A stretch of DNA of 42,264 bases from Octopus bimaculoides (Eukaryota): contig NC_068997.1 of NCBI RefSeq assembly GCF_001194135.2, positions 42,062,510 to 42,104,773 on the forward strand, written 5' to 3'. Positions 1-11,315 of this stretch are shown here, one piece after another. A model generated the notes under the pieces. The model made no database searches, was not told where the DNA came from, and was given only the letters and a program-made list of their open reading frames with translations. Every line of letters begins with the position of its first letter. The stretch's first letter is position 1. The translations under genes and the position numbers were made by a program.

Positions 1-8
1 ATATATAT

Positions 9-175
9 ATAGTTGAAATTTACAGAAAAACAAAAGGTGGAGATAGGTGTATAAACAACAAATAGGTGTATTAGTTTGACGCTCGGGAAGGTGAGAAAGC
101 CTTTTACGTTTCGAGCCTACGCTCTTCAACAGAAAGGAACACGAGGAAATAAACAGAGAGAGAATAAAAAACAAA
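9..175 (-). mobile_element. Probable Penelope-like element terminal-repeat (pseudo-LTR) relic
   Basis: Non-coding segment that runs on the minus strand into a (TA)n tract at the window start and contains a hammerhead-like fold (100-137). PLE pseudo-LTRs are known to carry minimal hammerheads. The family assignment is inference. Confidence 0.5.
100..137 (-). ncRNA. Minimal type I hammerhead ribozyme-like motif (variant core)
   Basis: Minus strand reads CCUUU-CUGUUGA-A-GAGC(GUAG)GCUC-GAAA-CG-UA-AAAGG. Stem I CCUUU/AAAGG is a perfect 5 bp, stem II is 4 bp closed by G10.1-C11.1, followed by GAAA, palindromic ACGU and a GUA cleavage triplet. The core differs from CUGANGA at A6 (U) and has an extra A after A9. 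Confidence 0.65.
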
Positions 176-397
176 CTTTTGGAGTTAGTAGTTAATCATG
201 GTATGCATGTATGTATGTGCATATACGCACACATACACACGCGTACACATACACAGCCACACGCACGCATACATCCATTCATACATATATAAAGAAAAAT
301 TGGATGGTACTTGTTAAGAGATGTATGCATACAGAATTTTTTTTTAATTTGAAAAATATTGAAATAGTATTGGTATTGCATCTGGTACTTTAAAATG

Positions 398-546
398 TTG
401 ATTTCAAATCCCACAGAGGTCAACGTTGCCCTTGATTCTTTTAGGGTCAACAAAAAAAGGGCCAATGGAGTGCATATGTCGATACTATTGACTGACCCCT
501 TTCCCTCAAAAAAGCCTGCCTTGTGCTTAAACCAGCAATCATTATT
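398..546 (+). mobile_element. SINE family D (Meta-domain-like), degenerate 5'-truncated copy
   Basis: TTCAAATCCCACAGAGGTCAACGTTGCCCTTGATTCTTTTAGGGTCAAC...GCCTTGTGC aligns by eye to the intact copy at 32258-32480. Confidence 0.65.
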
Positions 547-932
547 CGCTCTCAATAAAAGCTGAAAGAATAAACGAATAATCATCAATGAAGGAGTATA
601 TGAAATATTTCATTGACAACCTGAAATTTAGTGGCTGTCTTTCGTTTTAGGTACATATGCGAGTATCTGTAGGACTAATGATGAATCCAAAACAATCTGG
701 GAAAGTACAAAATAGACTTAGGAATTCCGTGTAAGTGAAACTTATTAAATGCTATCGAATTCATATCCCACCGATACAACATGAGAATACACGAAGTCTC
801 TAGAAAGGTTTCAATATCGCACCACGCATGCAACCTTCAAATAATCTCTTCAAAACTTTTAAGAGTTGATCCGGTGTCAGTCACTTCCCAGGGATAATTT
901 TTTTCACATCCTTTATTAAAGACGTTACCATC

Positions 933-941
933 CTACATGCG

Positions 942-980
<39 letters not shown>

Positions 981-1005
981 ATACACAAATATATTTGTGT
1001 GGATG

Positions 1006-1081
<76 letters not shown>

Positions 1082-1360
1082 AATGTACGTATATACACAT
1101 ATTGACGTTTACATACATATCATACACATACATTTACATATATACACAAATACATCCATACAACAATCCTTCCAATCGAAATACAAATACATCCTTTGAT
1201 GTCTGTTTGTGTGCGTGCGTGCGCATATGTGTATTATACAGAATATACATTGTTTAATAAGCGTGTTCATGTATGTGTATGTGTACTCACACAGACACAC
1301 ACACACCACACAGACGCACACACACACACATTCACCACTTCCCCCTCTCTCTCTCTCTCT
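933..1360. repeat. Compound (CA)n/(TA)n/(TG)n/(CT)n microsatellite block
   Basis: Directly visible; explains the HT/CV-rich spurious ORFs. Confidence 0.95.
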
Positions 1361-1840
1361 CTCCCATCCAAGGAGAAAACGAACAATGTGCGTATGTACC
1401 TCATTTCGTATGTTTTTGTGTGTAGTGTGTTTGTGTGTTTAGCATGAGTCTAAGTCTTGCACATGCGTACGTGTGCTTGTGAAAGTTTCCGTAAATACAG
1501 TAGCGCGTTCTTTTCGTTTTTCTTTGTCGTTCAGAAAATGGTGACAAATTTTGTAATGTAATTTATTTCTTCAGGTTTCATGACTGTGTAAGAAATCATT
1601 ATATTGTCTTTATTATTCTAATGAGAAAAAACCGTTTTGATATTTGCATGAAATTTATTCAGGCACAAGGCACAGTGCAAGGAAGGAAACATTTTGTATT
1701 CCAAATGTGTGTGCCTAAAATAAAGAAGCACACATACAGAAAAACGGAGTTTGAAGCTTAGTATTACATATATAGATACATACACACATTCATACGCATT
1801 AATACATACACGCATGTATACATGTGTGCATGTGTGCATG

Positions 1841-1954
<114 letters not shown>

Positions 1955-2389
1955 CGCGATCAGTTGAAAATCTGCTTGAAACCAATAGAGAAAACTTGCA
2001 GTCGCTAATGTTTCTGTTCGTACTAGCAGCTGATGACCCAAAGCGAGAATAAAGCTCGGATATATCCGGTTAAGTCCGATTATATCCGTTAATTTTCATC
2101 TGACTTATGTGACTTTTTTGTATGAGTGACCAAAGTCAGTTTTCTTTTAAGTCATAATACCGTTGTAACATCGATTAATAATAATATTGCGATAATGATA
2201 CTAGACTCATACAGCATAACTAACTAAATCTGTGAAGTGATTTATTTCATCAGGCTTCATGTCTGTGTGGTAAATCATATTATTGTCTTTGTTATTGCTG
2301 TTGTTTAACCCAAGGCCAATCCTGGTTGAGTAGAACTACAATCAAATACATTTCAGTTGTGAGTATCCCATTTCTTTTTGGGATACTCA

Positions 2390-2712
2390 AGGTAAAGACC
2401 CTTTAGGTCATGAATGACCATGGGATTGCACCTAGAAAGTTATCTTCTGAGGCACAAGTGCGGACAAGGTTGTTTATGGAAGACCAGCAGTCGCCCATGC
2501 GTGTCAGCCTCCCCTCTCCACACCACTGATGTTATCCAAAGGAAAGGCAAAGGTCGATATAGCTTGGCACCAGTTACGTCGCAACACATTTCTACAGCTG
2601 AGTGAACTGGCCCAGCGTGAAATAAAGTGTCTTGCTCAAGCCCAGTGCGTGAATCAAACTCACTACCTCATGATTGTGAGCCCGACGTTCTAACCATTGA
2701 GCCATGCACCCT
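2390..2712 (-). mobile_element. tRNA-derived SINE family A (CORE-like central domain)
   Basis: Reverse complement starts GGTGCATGGCTCAATGGTTAGAACGTCGGGCTCACAATCATGAGG (A box) and is colinear with the copies at 7463-7805 and 19250-19533. Confidence 0.85.
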
Positions 2713-3007
2713 TGTCGGGGGATCTTTACCATGAGTATCCCATTTCTTTTTTCTTCGGGGTTTTTTTTTATCTCTTTAAAGTTTTGGCTTCAGACATGTT
2801 GTACAATGTATCCTTCCATTCGGAATTCACTAAGATATGAACTATTTTCATTATATTAATTTAGCTAATGACGACTACAAGAATGCTGGAAATTTAATGC
2901 AAATCAAATCCCAAACCGAAATCCGCGAACTTCTTTAAGAGCATAGTTGATGTTTAATTATTTTGACTACACCGCTGATATCCTGAAGAGGGTTGCGAAT
3001 GTGACTC

Positions 3008-3221
3008 ACTCGCATAAAAGTTCCTGGCTTTAAGGGTGTCGCGAAAGGCATGGTTGGAGGCCCAACCTTCCGAGTTCTTTTACATGGTTTAGACGAACTG
3101 AAGAACCGCTACAATAGGTGTATGAATCTGAGAGGGGAGTATGTTGAAAAACGTCATAATTAACTGATCCTCCTGTATTTTCTTTTACCCCAAACCAGGA
3201 ACTTTTCAGCACCCCTTCGTA
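3008..3221 (+). mobile_element. Internally deleted mariner (Tc1/mariner) derivative
   Basis: Right TIR CCAGGAACTTTTCAGCACCCCTTCGTA (3195-3221) matches a left partial TIR AAAAGTTCCTGG (3016-3027). 3104-3151 encodes NRYNRCMNLRGEYVEK, the typical mariner transposase C-terminus. Confidence 0.8.
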
Positions 3222-3966
3222 TATTGCCTCTATGAATATATTGTCTGAATAATAAACCGATGCTGGCGAAATCATGAATGAGGTGCTTTAGCGTAGCCAT
3301 AGCCATAAAGGCGAAAAGCCTACTAAAGAACTTATAAGGAAGGACTCAAGGATCACAAATGTTGAGGAGATTTTAGCCGATCATATCGTTCCCTGTATTT
3401 GGTTAGTAATTATTGTACCAACATCGAAATAAGGAAAAAAAAAAAAGCAATGTCGACACGAGCGGCATTTGAACTTAGAATTGAAAAGGGATGTAAATTT
3501 GAGGAAGTGCACTCAACTGGAAAGTCATTAGTTTTTACCTATTATCATTCCGTGCACTGCATTTGTCTCTTAAATTATTTAAGTGCTTCATGAACGCTAT
3601 ACTTCAGCCTGGTGAACCCTAATATTTGGGCTATTTGAGATTCTGGCAGTGTTCCATTTTTTGTTCTAAACCATGATATATTTAACTTTCTGTGATGCTT
3701 CCTTGTTTCTTAGACGGAATGCCGGAACTTGTGTTCTCACAGAACTAACAATTAAATGATTATCTTTATAATGATGTATTACATTGTTTAAAACGTCAAT
3801 CGGGATTGTTCTGAAGTCGTTGAAATTTCCCAGTGGCATGCTATGCATGTGTGGATGTATATATATTTATCTATGCCGATCCATCGGCATAGGTAAACAT
3901 TTTGTATTTGTGTAGTTGTTGAACAATACAACCAAACCTAAACAAGGAACTATAAATTGGACAATT

Positions 3967-4158
3967 AATATTGGTTTCAAATTTTGGCACAAGCCACCAT
4001 TTTCGGGAGGGGGATTAAGTCGATTACATCGACTCTAGTGCTCAATTGGTACTTATTTTATCAATCCCGAAAGGACGAAAGGCAAAGTCGACTCCGGCGG
4101 AATGTGAACTCAGAACGTAGAGACGAAAGAAATTCCGTAAGTATTTTGCCCGATATGC
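3967..4158 (-). mobile_element. SINE family D copy
   Basis: Reverse complement has B box GAGTTCACATTCC and GAGTCGACTTTGCCTTTCGTCCTTTCGGGATTGATAAAATAAGTACCAATTGAGCAC. Confidence 0.85.
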
Positions 4159-4728
4159 AATTGATATTTATTATTGATATAGCTGTATTTTAGGAGGGTT
4201 ATACTGTTAAAAAAAAAATACACGTACCTATTGTTAATGAATCAATTAGTTAAATATTGATGAGTTTATCATAAATTTTTCGTGCTGTTGCCCTTTCAAT
4301 AGTTTCAACCGTATTTTACACTTGATGAATCTTTTATAGCTTCAACCAATTTAGTTCCGGTTGATCAAATTAAATTATATATACACTACTAGTCGTATTG
4401 AGTACTTCTTCCGTTCGTTAGCATTAACATAATTATGTATGATTGTATAAACGCATGTACGTATATATCTATGTGCATATGTGTGTGTATGTATGTATGT
4501 ATGTATGTATGTATGTATGTATGTATGTATGTATATGCGTGTTTGTGTGCGTTGAAGTTTGAATTTCTTTTATTAGTGCTTTTTAATATCTGGTTTCAGA
4601 TATTTGCACTAGGCCAGCAGTTTTGTGTGTGGATCCAAGTCGATTACATCGACCCCCAAAGGGGTAAAGCAGTTATGATTTCCGAAAACCAAACTTTCTA
4701 CCATTCCCAATACCAACGACAGCCAATG

Positions 4729-4809
4729 TCTTTAGCCCATTATTCCCATTATTCCCATTATTCTTTAGCCATTATTCTTTAGCCCATTATTCATTTAGCC
4801 CATTATTCT
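4729..4809. repeat. Short tandem repeat, unit about TTCTTTAGCCCATTA (9-15 bp variants)
   Basis: About six imperfect copies visible. Confidence 0.85.
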
Positions 4810-4998
4810 CAAGCTGAGTGTCCATGAGTAGAACTATATAAGGTAAGATTTTTCAGATATTTTGAACATAAGAAATCTTTAAACTTCTCACCTAAAGATC
4901 CACTCCTGTAAAGATGAAATATAATTTGATAATTGGATAAAACTCTGTAACATCTATTGGGCACTTTTTTCTCCTTCCTTGCACAATAATTTGCACCA

Positions 4999-5002
<4 letters not shown>

Positions 5003-5048
<46 letters not shown>

Positions 5049-5957
5049 TATGTGTATGAATATATGCGTATGTGCGTGTGCGTATGTGTATGTATGTATG
5101 TATGTATGTATGTGTGTGTGTGTATATATNNNNNNNNNNNNNNNNNNNNNNNNNNNNNNNNNNNNNNNNNNNNNNNNNNNNNNNNNNNNNNNNNNNNNNN
5201 NNNNNNNNNNNNNNNNNNNNNNNNNNNNNNNNNNNNNNNNNNNNNNNNNNNNNNNNNNNNNNNNNNNNNNNNNNNNNNNNNNNNNNNNNNNNNNNNNNNN
5301 NNNNNNNNNNNNNNNNNNNNNNNNNNNNNNNNNNNNNNNNNNNNNNNNNNNNNNNNNNNNNNNNNNNNNNNNNNNNNNNNNNNNNNNNNNNNNNNNNNNN
5401 NNNNNNNNNNNNNNNNNNNNNNNNNNNNNNNNNNNNNNNNNNNNNNNNNNNNNNNNNNNNNNNNNNNNNNNNNNNNNNNNNNNNNNNNNNNNNNNNNNNN
5501 NNNNNNNNNNNNNNNNNNNNNNNNNNNNNNNNNNNNNNNNNNNNNNNNNNNNNNNNNNNNNNNNNNNNNNNNNNNNNNNNNNNNNNNNNNNNNNNNNNNN
5601 NNNNNNNNNNNNNNNNNNNNNNNNNNNNNNNNNNNNNNNNNNNNNNNNNNNNNNNNNNNNNNNNNNNATATATATATGTAGGTATGTATGTATTTATGAA
5701 TGTATATGCATGATTACATACATACACACATACATACCTACATACATACATTCATACATACATACATACATACATACACACACACACTCACATATATATC
5801 CGCATAAATATATCTATATGTATATATATATTTGGATGCATAGTTACAGATATATATGTGTATGTGTACATATACATGTATGAAGGAGAGAGAGGGGGAA
5901 GAGTGAGAGAGAGAGGAGAAAAGAGTGAGAGTGCGTGCGTTGTGTGTGTGTGTGTGT

Positions 5958-6012
<55 letters not shown>
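5003..6012. repeat. Microsatellite block (TG, TATG, CATA, GA) spanning gap 5130-5667
   Basis: Directly visible. Confidence 0.95.
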
Positions 6013-6013
<1 letters not shown>

Positions 6014-6442
6014 ATACCTATAGCTACCACATACATTTTCAGAATTTACCTTACCAAACTGCGTAACGAAATGCCAACACATTTTCAACAACACAATTAA
6101 TATTTCCGATAAACCAAACCAACTGCAACACCACCACCACCAACAACAACAACAACAACAACAGACAATTCTGAAGCTCTGTCTCCTTAAGTAGGACTAT
6201 GTAAGGTAAAATTTTCAGTTATTTTCAACATAAGATATCTTGAAGCTGCTCTCCTAAAAATCCACACCCATTAAGATGAAATATATTTTAATGATTGTAG
6301 ACATACATTGAAGAAAGAAAATATGAAATTTGAGGATGCTAGTGATGTTGCTGTCAAAATCTTTTTTGTAGTTGGATTTTTACTTCAAATCAAATGATTT
6401 ATGTTGATATCTGCAACTAATACGTGATACGTCCTAACATAG

Positions 6443-6670
6443 GTGCCTCTATGTGGTCGCCCGAGCTGCCAGTCATAGCACCAAATCTATCTCAAAATCG
6501 CAAACTGCCGTGTTTCTATCTTTTTGGGTTATTTTTTATGATTTCTTTTCAGGATACGTTACATAGTCCGGGGTACAAAATGTCTGAAATAAGACATAAT
6601 GGTCATTGCTGGGATGCTTTCGATCATACATCTGTTCAATCAGAGCAAACTTATGGTTAACCAACAATAA
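6443..6670 (+). mobile_element. Dispersed repeat family E ((CAA)n-tailed, SINE-like), degenerate
   Basis: CTCTATGTGGTCGC...CCAAATCTATCTCAAA...GGTCATTGCTGGGATGC...AACAATAAC. Related pieces at 14455-14745, 15280-15530, 24018-24090, 25245-25335, 31070-31290 (minus) and 2295-2360 (minus). Confidence 0.55.
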
Positions 6671-7462
6671 CTTATCAGAAACTAGGTGGGTTTTTCTTTT
6701 ATTAAAATGTATAATAAATGTGTTAAAGATCTAAATTTATAAAATAGCGATTTGTTTTCTAAGACAGCCCCAGATGAAGGCTATCCGACTTATTTTTTAG
6801 TTAATGGATTCGGAAAGGAATGAAAGCAAAGTACACATCAACGGGATTTAGAACTCAAAATGCTATGAAAAATATACCGCAACGCCTTGTATCCGACGTT
6901 CCAGTGGCTACCGACTGACACATTAAAATANNNNNNNNNNNNNNNNNNNNNNNNNNNNNNNNNNNNNNNNNNNNNNNNNNNNNNNNNNNNNNNNNNNNNN
7001 NNNNNNNNNNNNNNNNNNNNNNNNNNNNNNNNNNNNNNNNNNNNNNNNNNNNNNNNNNNNNNNNNNNNNNNNNNNNNNNNTTTGTTTGTTTTTTTTTTTT
7101 CGCTATTTATTGTCATAGAAAGAAGGATCTCTTCTGGAATGTAAAGAAAGAAAGAAAAGGAACTGTTGTTTGGCTTTAAATAAACAACAATGTCAAGGCT
7201 TGGGTGTCACTAGAAAGCTTCGAGATGATATATATATATATATATATATAAACTACATATAAACCACTAAACTCTTCACTTTTTCACATGAATGTACAGA
7301 TATAGAATATTACTCATACTCGCGTTTTCAAACAGACATGCACGTCAGAGTGTATACCTACGTACGCGAGTGGCTATGTGGGTGGATGTGTATACATATA
7401 TACACATGTCTACGCAGTGAATGCGCATAAAAGGTAACATACCATATATATTACCATATATG

Positions 7463-7805
7463 TGCGAAGGCGCATGGCTCAGTGGTTAGAGCGTCGGGCT
7501 CACAATCATGGAGTAGTGATTTCGATTCCCGGACCGGGCTGTGTGTTGTGTTCTTGAGTAAGACACTTTATTTCACGTTACTCCAGTTCACTCAGCTGTA
7601 AAAATGAGTTGTGATGTCACTGGTGCCAAGCTGTATTGGCTTTTGCCTTTCCCCTGGATGATATCGGTGGCGCGGAGAGGGAAGTCCGGTATGCATGAGT
7701 GACTGCTGGTCTTCCATAAACAATCTTGCTGAGACTTGTACCTCGGAGAAGAACTTTCTCGGTGTAATTCCATGGTCATTCATGACCTAAGGGAGTCTTT
7801 ATTCT
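7463..7805 (+). mobile_element. tRNA-derived SINE family A, full length with TSD
   Basis: A box TGGCTCAGTGG (7475-7485), B box GATTTCGATTCC (7518-7529), CORE-like TTGAGTAAGACACTTT...CAGCTGTAAAAATGAG; 12-bp TSD TTACCATATATG at 7451-7462 and 7806-7817. Confidence 0.92.
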
Positions 7806-7879
7806 TTACCATATATGAACATATGAGTATATGAGTAGATGCATAAAAGTTAAGAAAAAAATAACGTATCTCCATTGAT

Positions 7880-8363
7880 TTCGATGATGAGTATCTAAGT
7901 GTCTGTCAAGTTCGAACACTTCGCTGAAGTCAAACGTAGCAATATAGTTTTCACTAAATTTATGATAGATAGGGGTCTGTTGGTGAGCGGCACAGGAGCG
8001 TAAATATCCGTTGTAAGGGGCTTTGCGAACGCCGTATTAGTGGTGCTAATCAAAGAAGAGGAACTGGATGTTCTGGAGAAGGTTATTGGTAATGGCTGTC
8101 CGCGTCATGTCCGAGGTGTTGAAAGTGAATGAATTGGACATTAATATGCAGAGTCAGGAAGGTTGAATTCTTGAGAATGAGACATACTGCGACGGGTTTC
8201 CAAAGATCGAGATATATCTCGGTAGAGAAAAAGAGAGAGTTAAGAGTTTAGCGAGGCGGGGGTTGAGTTCTGGGGCATATTGGTTAAGGGTAATAGAAGG
8301 GGATAAAACTCTTCAATATCTATTGAACACTTTTTCTTTCCTTGTTCGCTCAATAATTTGCGC

Positions 8364-8414
<51 letters not shown>

Positions 8415-9850
8415 NNNNNNNNNNNNNNNNNNNNNNNNNNNNNNNNNNNNNNNNNNNNNNNNNNNNNNNNNNNNNNNNNNNNNNNNNNNNNNNNNNNNNN
8501 NNNNNNNNNNNNNNNNNNNNNNNNNNNNNNNNNNNNNNNNNNNNNNNNNNNNNNNNNNNNNNNNNNNNNNNNNNNNNNNNNNNNNNNNNNNNNNNNNNNN
8601 NNNNNNNNNNNNNNNNNNNNNNNNNNNNNNNNNNNNNNNTAAAGAAACTGGTAATGCTTTTGCATTTGGTATGTATGTGTAGGTGAGGCGGTGAGTTGGC
8701 AGAATCGTTAGCGCGCTGGGCAAAATGCTTATTGGTGTTTCGTCCGTCTTTACTTTTGATCGAGATCGACTTTGCCTTTCATTCTTTCGACGTCGATAAA
8801 ATAAGCACCAGCTGAGAACCGGGGTCAATATAATTGACTTACCCACTCACCCGAAATTCCCGGCCTTGTGCCAAAATTTGAAACCTGTGTCTGTGGTGAT
8901 CATGATGGAGTAAAAAGTAATTTTGGAGGAGATTTACTAAGTGTGAAAATAAGTAGTAACTATAGAGGCAGTAAATACAGAGTTTTCCTCCGCAGAAGTA
9001 CTGTTTACAGGACCATCTCAGTTAAGAGATCTATGGAAGGAAGATTTCAAGAAGCTGACTAAAATCCTTTTGGCAAGGTGCTACAAGGATCGACAGCGGT
9101 TTGTGTAACAGAAAAGCTTGCGTTTATGTGATACACAAAAGCAACTTTCGTGTTTCGGATGGTGGCTTTAGAGAAATTGCGGATGCTTGGTAAAAGCCAT
9201 CCAGATTATAGGGGAAGGAGATTTCCCATCCCCACCCCCACCGTTGTAGGTCATATTCTTAGTATGAACTGCTGCAACATAGCCAAGAATGAACCAGTTG
9301 TGGGGTTTGGCCTGCGAGAGATGCCCGAAAGGATGGTTTCTATCTCTGATGGGTCAAGGGTAAAACTTCTGTTCTGTAAGAGTCCGGAGATAGAGACCAG
9401 GAAGATTTCTGGTCCGTCTGCTGACTTGAATAGGCTTCGGGAAGTGGGAGATAATGCTTAATCTGGGGGTTTGTGTTCGGTAGTCACGAAAAGGCAGTGG
9501 TTGAATGAATTAGTAGATTCAGGAACAGTGATGGTTTGATAGAGGCTACAAGTTATTAATGTTAATGCAATCCTTGAAATCTGGGAGGTAAGAAAGAATG
9601 TTTAGGATGTCCGTGTGTACGTTATAAAATTAATTAATGTAGAACGTCGAGGTTTGTACCAGTGCCATTAATATCAGAAGAGTTGTAGGGTTACAATAAG
9701 GATAACCCTTTTTGCGACTGAGACCGAACGCTTATAACAGAATGAAGTCCGCTAAAGGTATATATGGACCAGGAAGTGGTTTTAAACCAGGTGACATGAT
9801 GTGCCTGTCACCCAAATAAAAAGAGTTGGACCATCTATGTGATCTCTCGT
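7880..9850 (-). mobile_element. Decayed APE-type LINE (CR1/L2/Jockey group): endonuclease end, linker and RT N-terminus
   Basis: Hand translation of the minus strand gives frameshifted motifs: FLTS and PLSNHH (EN end), KPHNWF, HLAKRI..SF...DG (linker), YAPELNPRLAKLLTLSFS, WKPVAVCLILK, YGVRKA, and IATFDFSEVFE (approximately VALDISKAFD). Interrupted by (TG)n, a gap and a SINE. Confidence 0.72.
8685..8885 (+). mobile_element. SINE family D copy inserted in the LINE relic
   Basis: GAGGCGGTGAGTTGGCAGAATCGTTAGC...GACTTTGCCTTTCATTCTTTCGACGTCGATAAAATAAGCACC...GGCCTTGTGCCAAAATTTGAAACC. Confidence 0.88.
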
Positions 9851-11278
9851 CCTTCCAAATACTATATTAGACAATATTAGACACGTAACACCAGGCATAT
9901 GACGATCTACTATCAACCAACAGAGTATCAGTAGCACGGAAAGCAATCAATTAAGTGCTGGTTCATTTATATACCTAATGTCGGGTGCCAAAACGAGCTC
10001 CCAGTTAATCGAAATTACACTCTTCATTAAAAAATATTTAAAAAAAAACGTCACCAGTGTTAATCCCATTTCTTCTCACAGAATAACATTCAGAATTTTG
10101 CTTACGTAAGAAATCCTTTTCATCGCTCATTCCGCAATAAAAAGAAATAGTGATAATATAAACTGATTCGATGACTTACTTTTGATTTCTGGTGGGAACA
10201 GTTTGCCTTATTTTGACAAAAACAAATCACCTCGAAATGTGAACATTACATCAACACATTTTTCTCACACCTAATATAATAGGCCAAGGGTTGTAACCCT
10301 TGGCCTATTGCAAATAGTAAATAGAAACTGTTTGTATTTGTTTTGATTTCTGACAGGAGTACGTGAATTGGTTGTCACTTCTTTGTAATGAATGAATGTT
10401 TTATGTGAGCTATAAAAAGTTCAAATCTTGTTTCCGTCATTATATCGTATAGTAGGCCTATATTAATATGCATACCTCAGTCTCTGAAGCAGGAAAAAAA
10501 AAAAGAAACTAACGTCACTTTTATTTCACGGTTGAATGGTTACACCCAGTTGTAAAACCGGTCTCCCCGCCACCCAACAGTATAGGTTCTTTTTTGAGTC
10601 GACGCAAGCATAGTCGAGTTGGCTTTTGCTTGTGGTGTTGAGGATTCGCTAGTTTGTGGGTGGATCAACTAATGCCAGATAAACATTGACACAAAAGATA
10701 AAAAGAAATTACTCTAGCATGGCTTCGGAAGTGAAAGTAAATAAATATGACACATATTTTNNNNNNNNNNNNNNNNNNNNNNNNNNNNNNNNNNNNNNNN
10801 NNNNNNNNNNNNNNNNNNNNNNNNNNNNNNNNNNNNNNNNNNNNNNNNNNNNNNNNNNNNNNNNNNNNNNNNNNNNNNNNNNNNNNNNNNNNNNNNNNNN
10901 NNNNNNNNNNNNNNNNNNNNNNNNNNNNNNNNNNNNNNNNNNNNNNNNNNNNNNNNNNNNNNNNNNNNNNNNNNNNNNNNNNNNNNNNNNNNNNNNNNNN
11001 NNNNNNNNNNNNNNNNNNNNNNNNNNNNNNNNNNNNNNNNNNNNNNNNNNNNNNNNNNNNNNNNNNNNNNNNNNNNNNNNNNNNNNNNNNNNNNNNNNNN
11101 NNNNNNNNNNNNNNNNNNNNNNNNNNNNNNNNNNNNNNNNNNNNNNNNNNNNNNNNNNNNNNNNNNNNNNNNNNNNNNNNNNNNNNNNNNNNNNNNNNNN
11201 NNNNNNNNNNNNNNNNNNNNNNNNNNNNNNNNNNNNNNNNNNNNNNNNNNNNNNNNNNNNNNNNNNNNNNNNNNNNNN

Positions 11279-11315
11279 GTTAGGGTTAGGGTTAGGGTTA
11301 GTGTTAGGGTTAGGG
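11279..11315 (+). repeat. Interstitial (TTAGGG)n telomere-type tract emerging from gap 10761-11278
   Basis: GTTAGGGTTAGGGTTAGGGTTAGTGTTAGGGTTAGGG, followed by unique sequence. Confidence 0.9.

Noticed and set aside
2030-2060. CTGATGA core match
   Set aside because: No stem II-GAAA or stem I complement nearby
2982-3010. CTGAAGA followed by a weak stem (possible hammerhead)
   Set aside because: No GAAA or UH half follows; the sequence runs into the mariner relic
11279-11315. True chromosome end
   Set aside because: Unique sequence continues 3' of the G-rich strand
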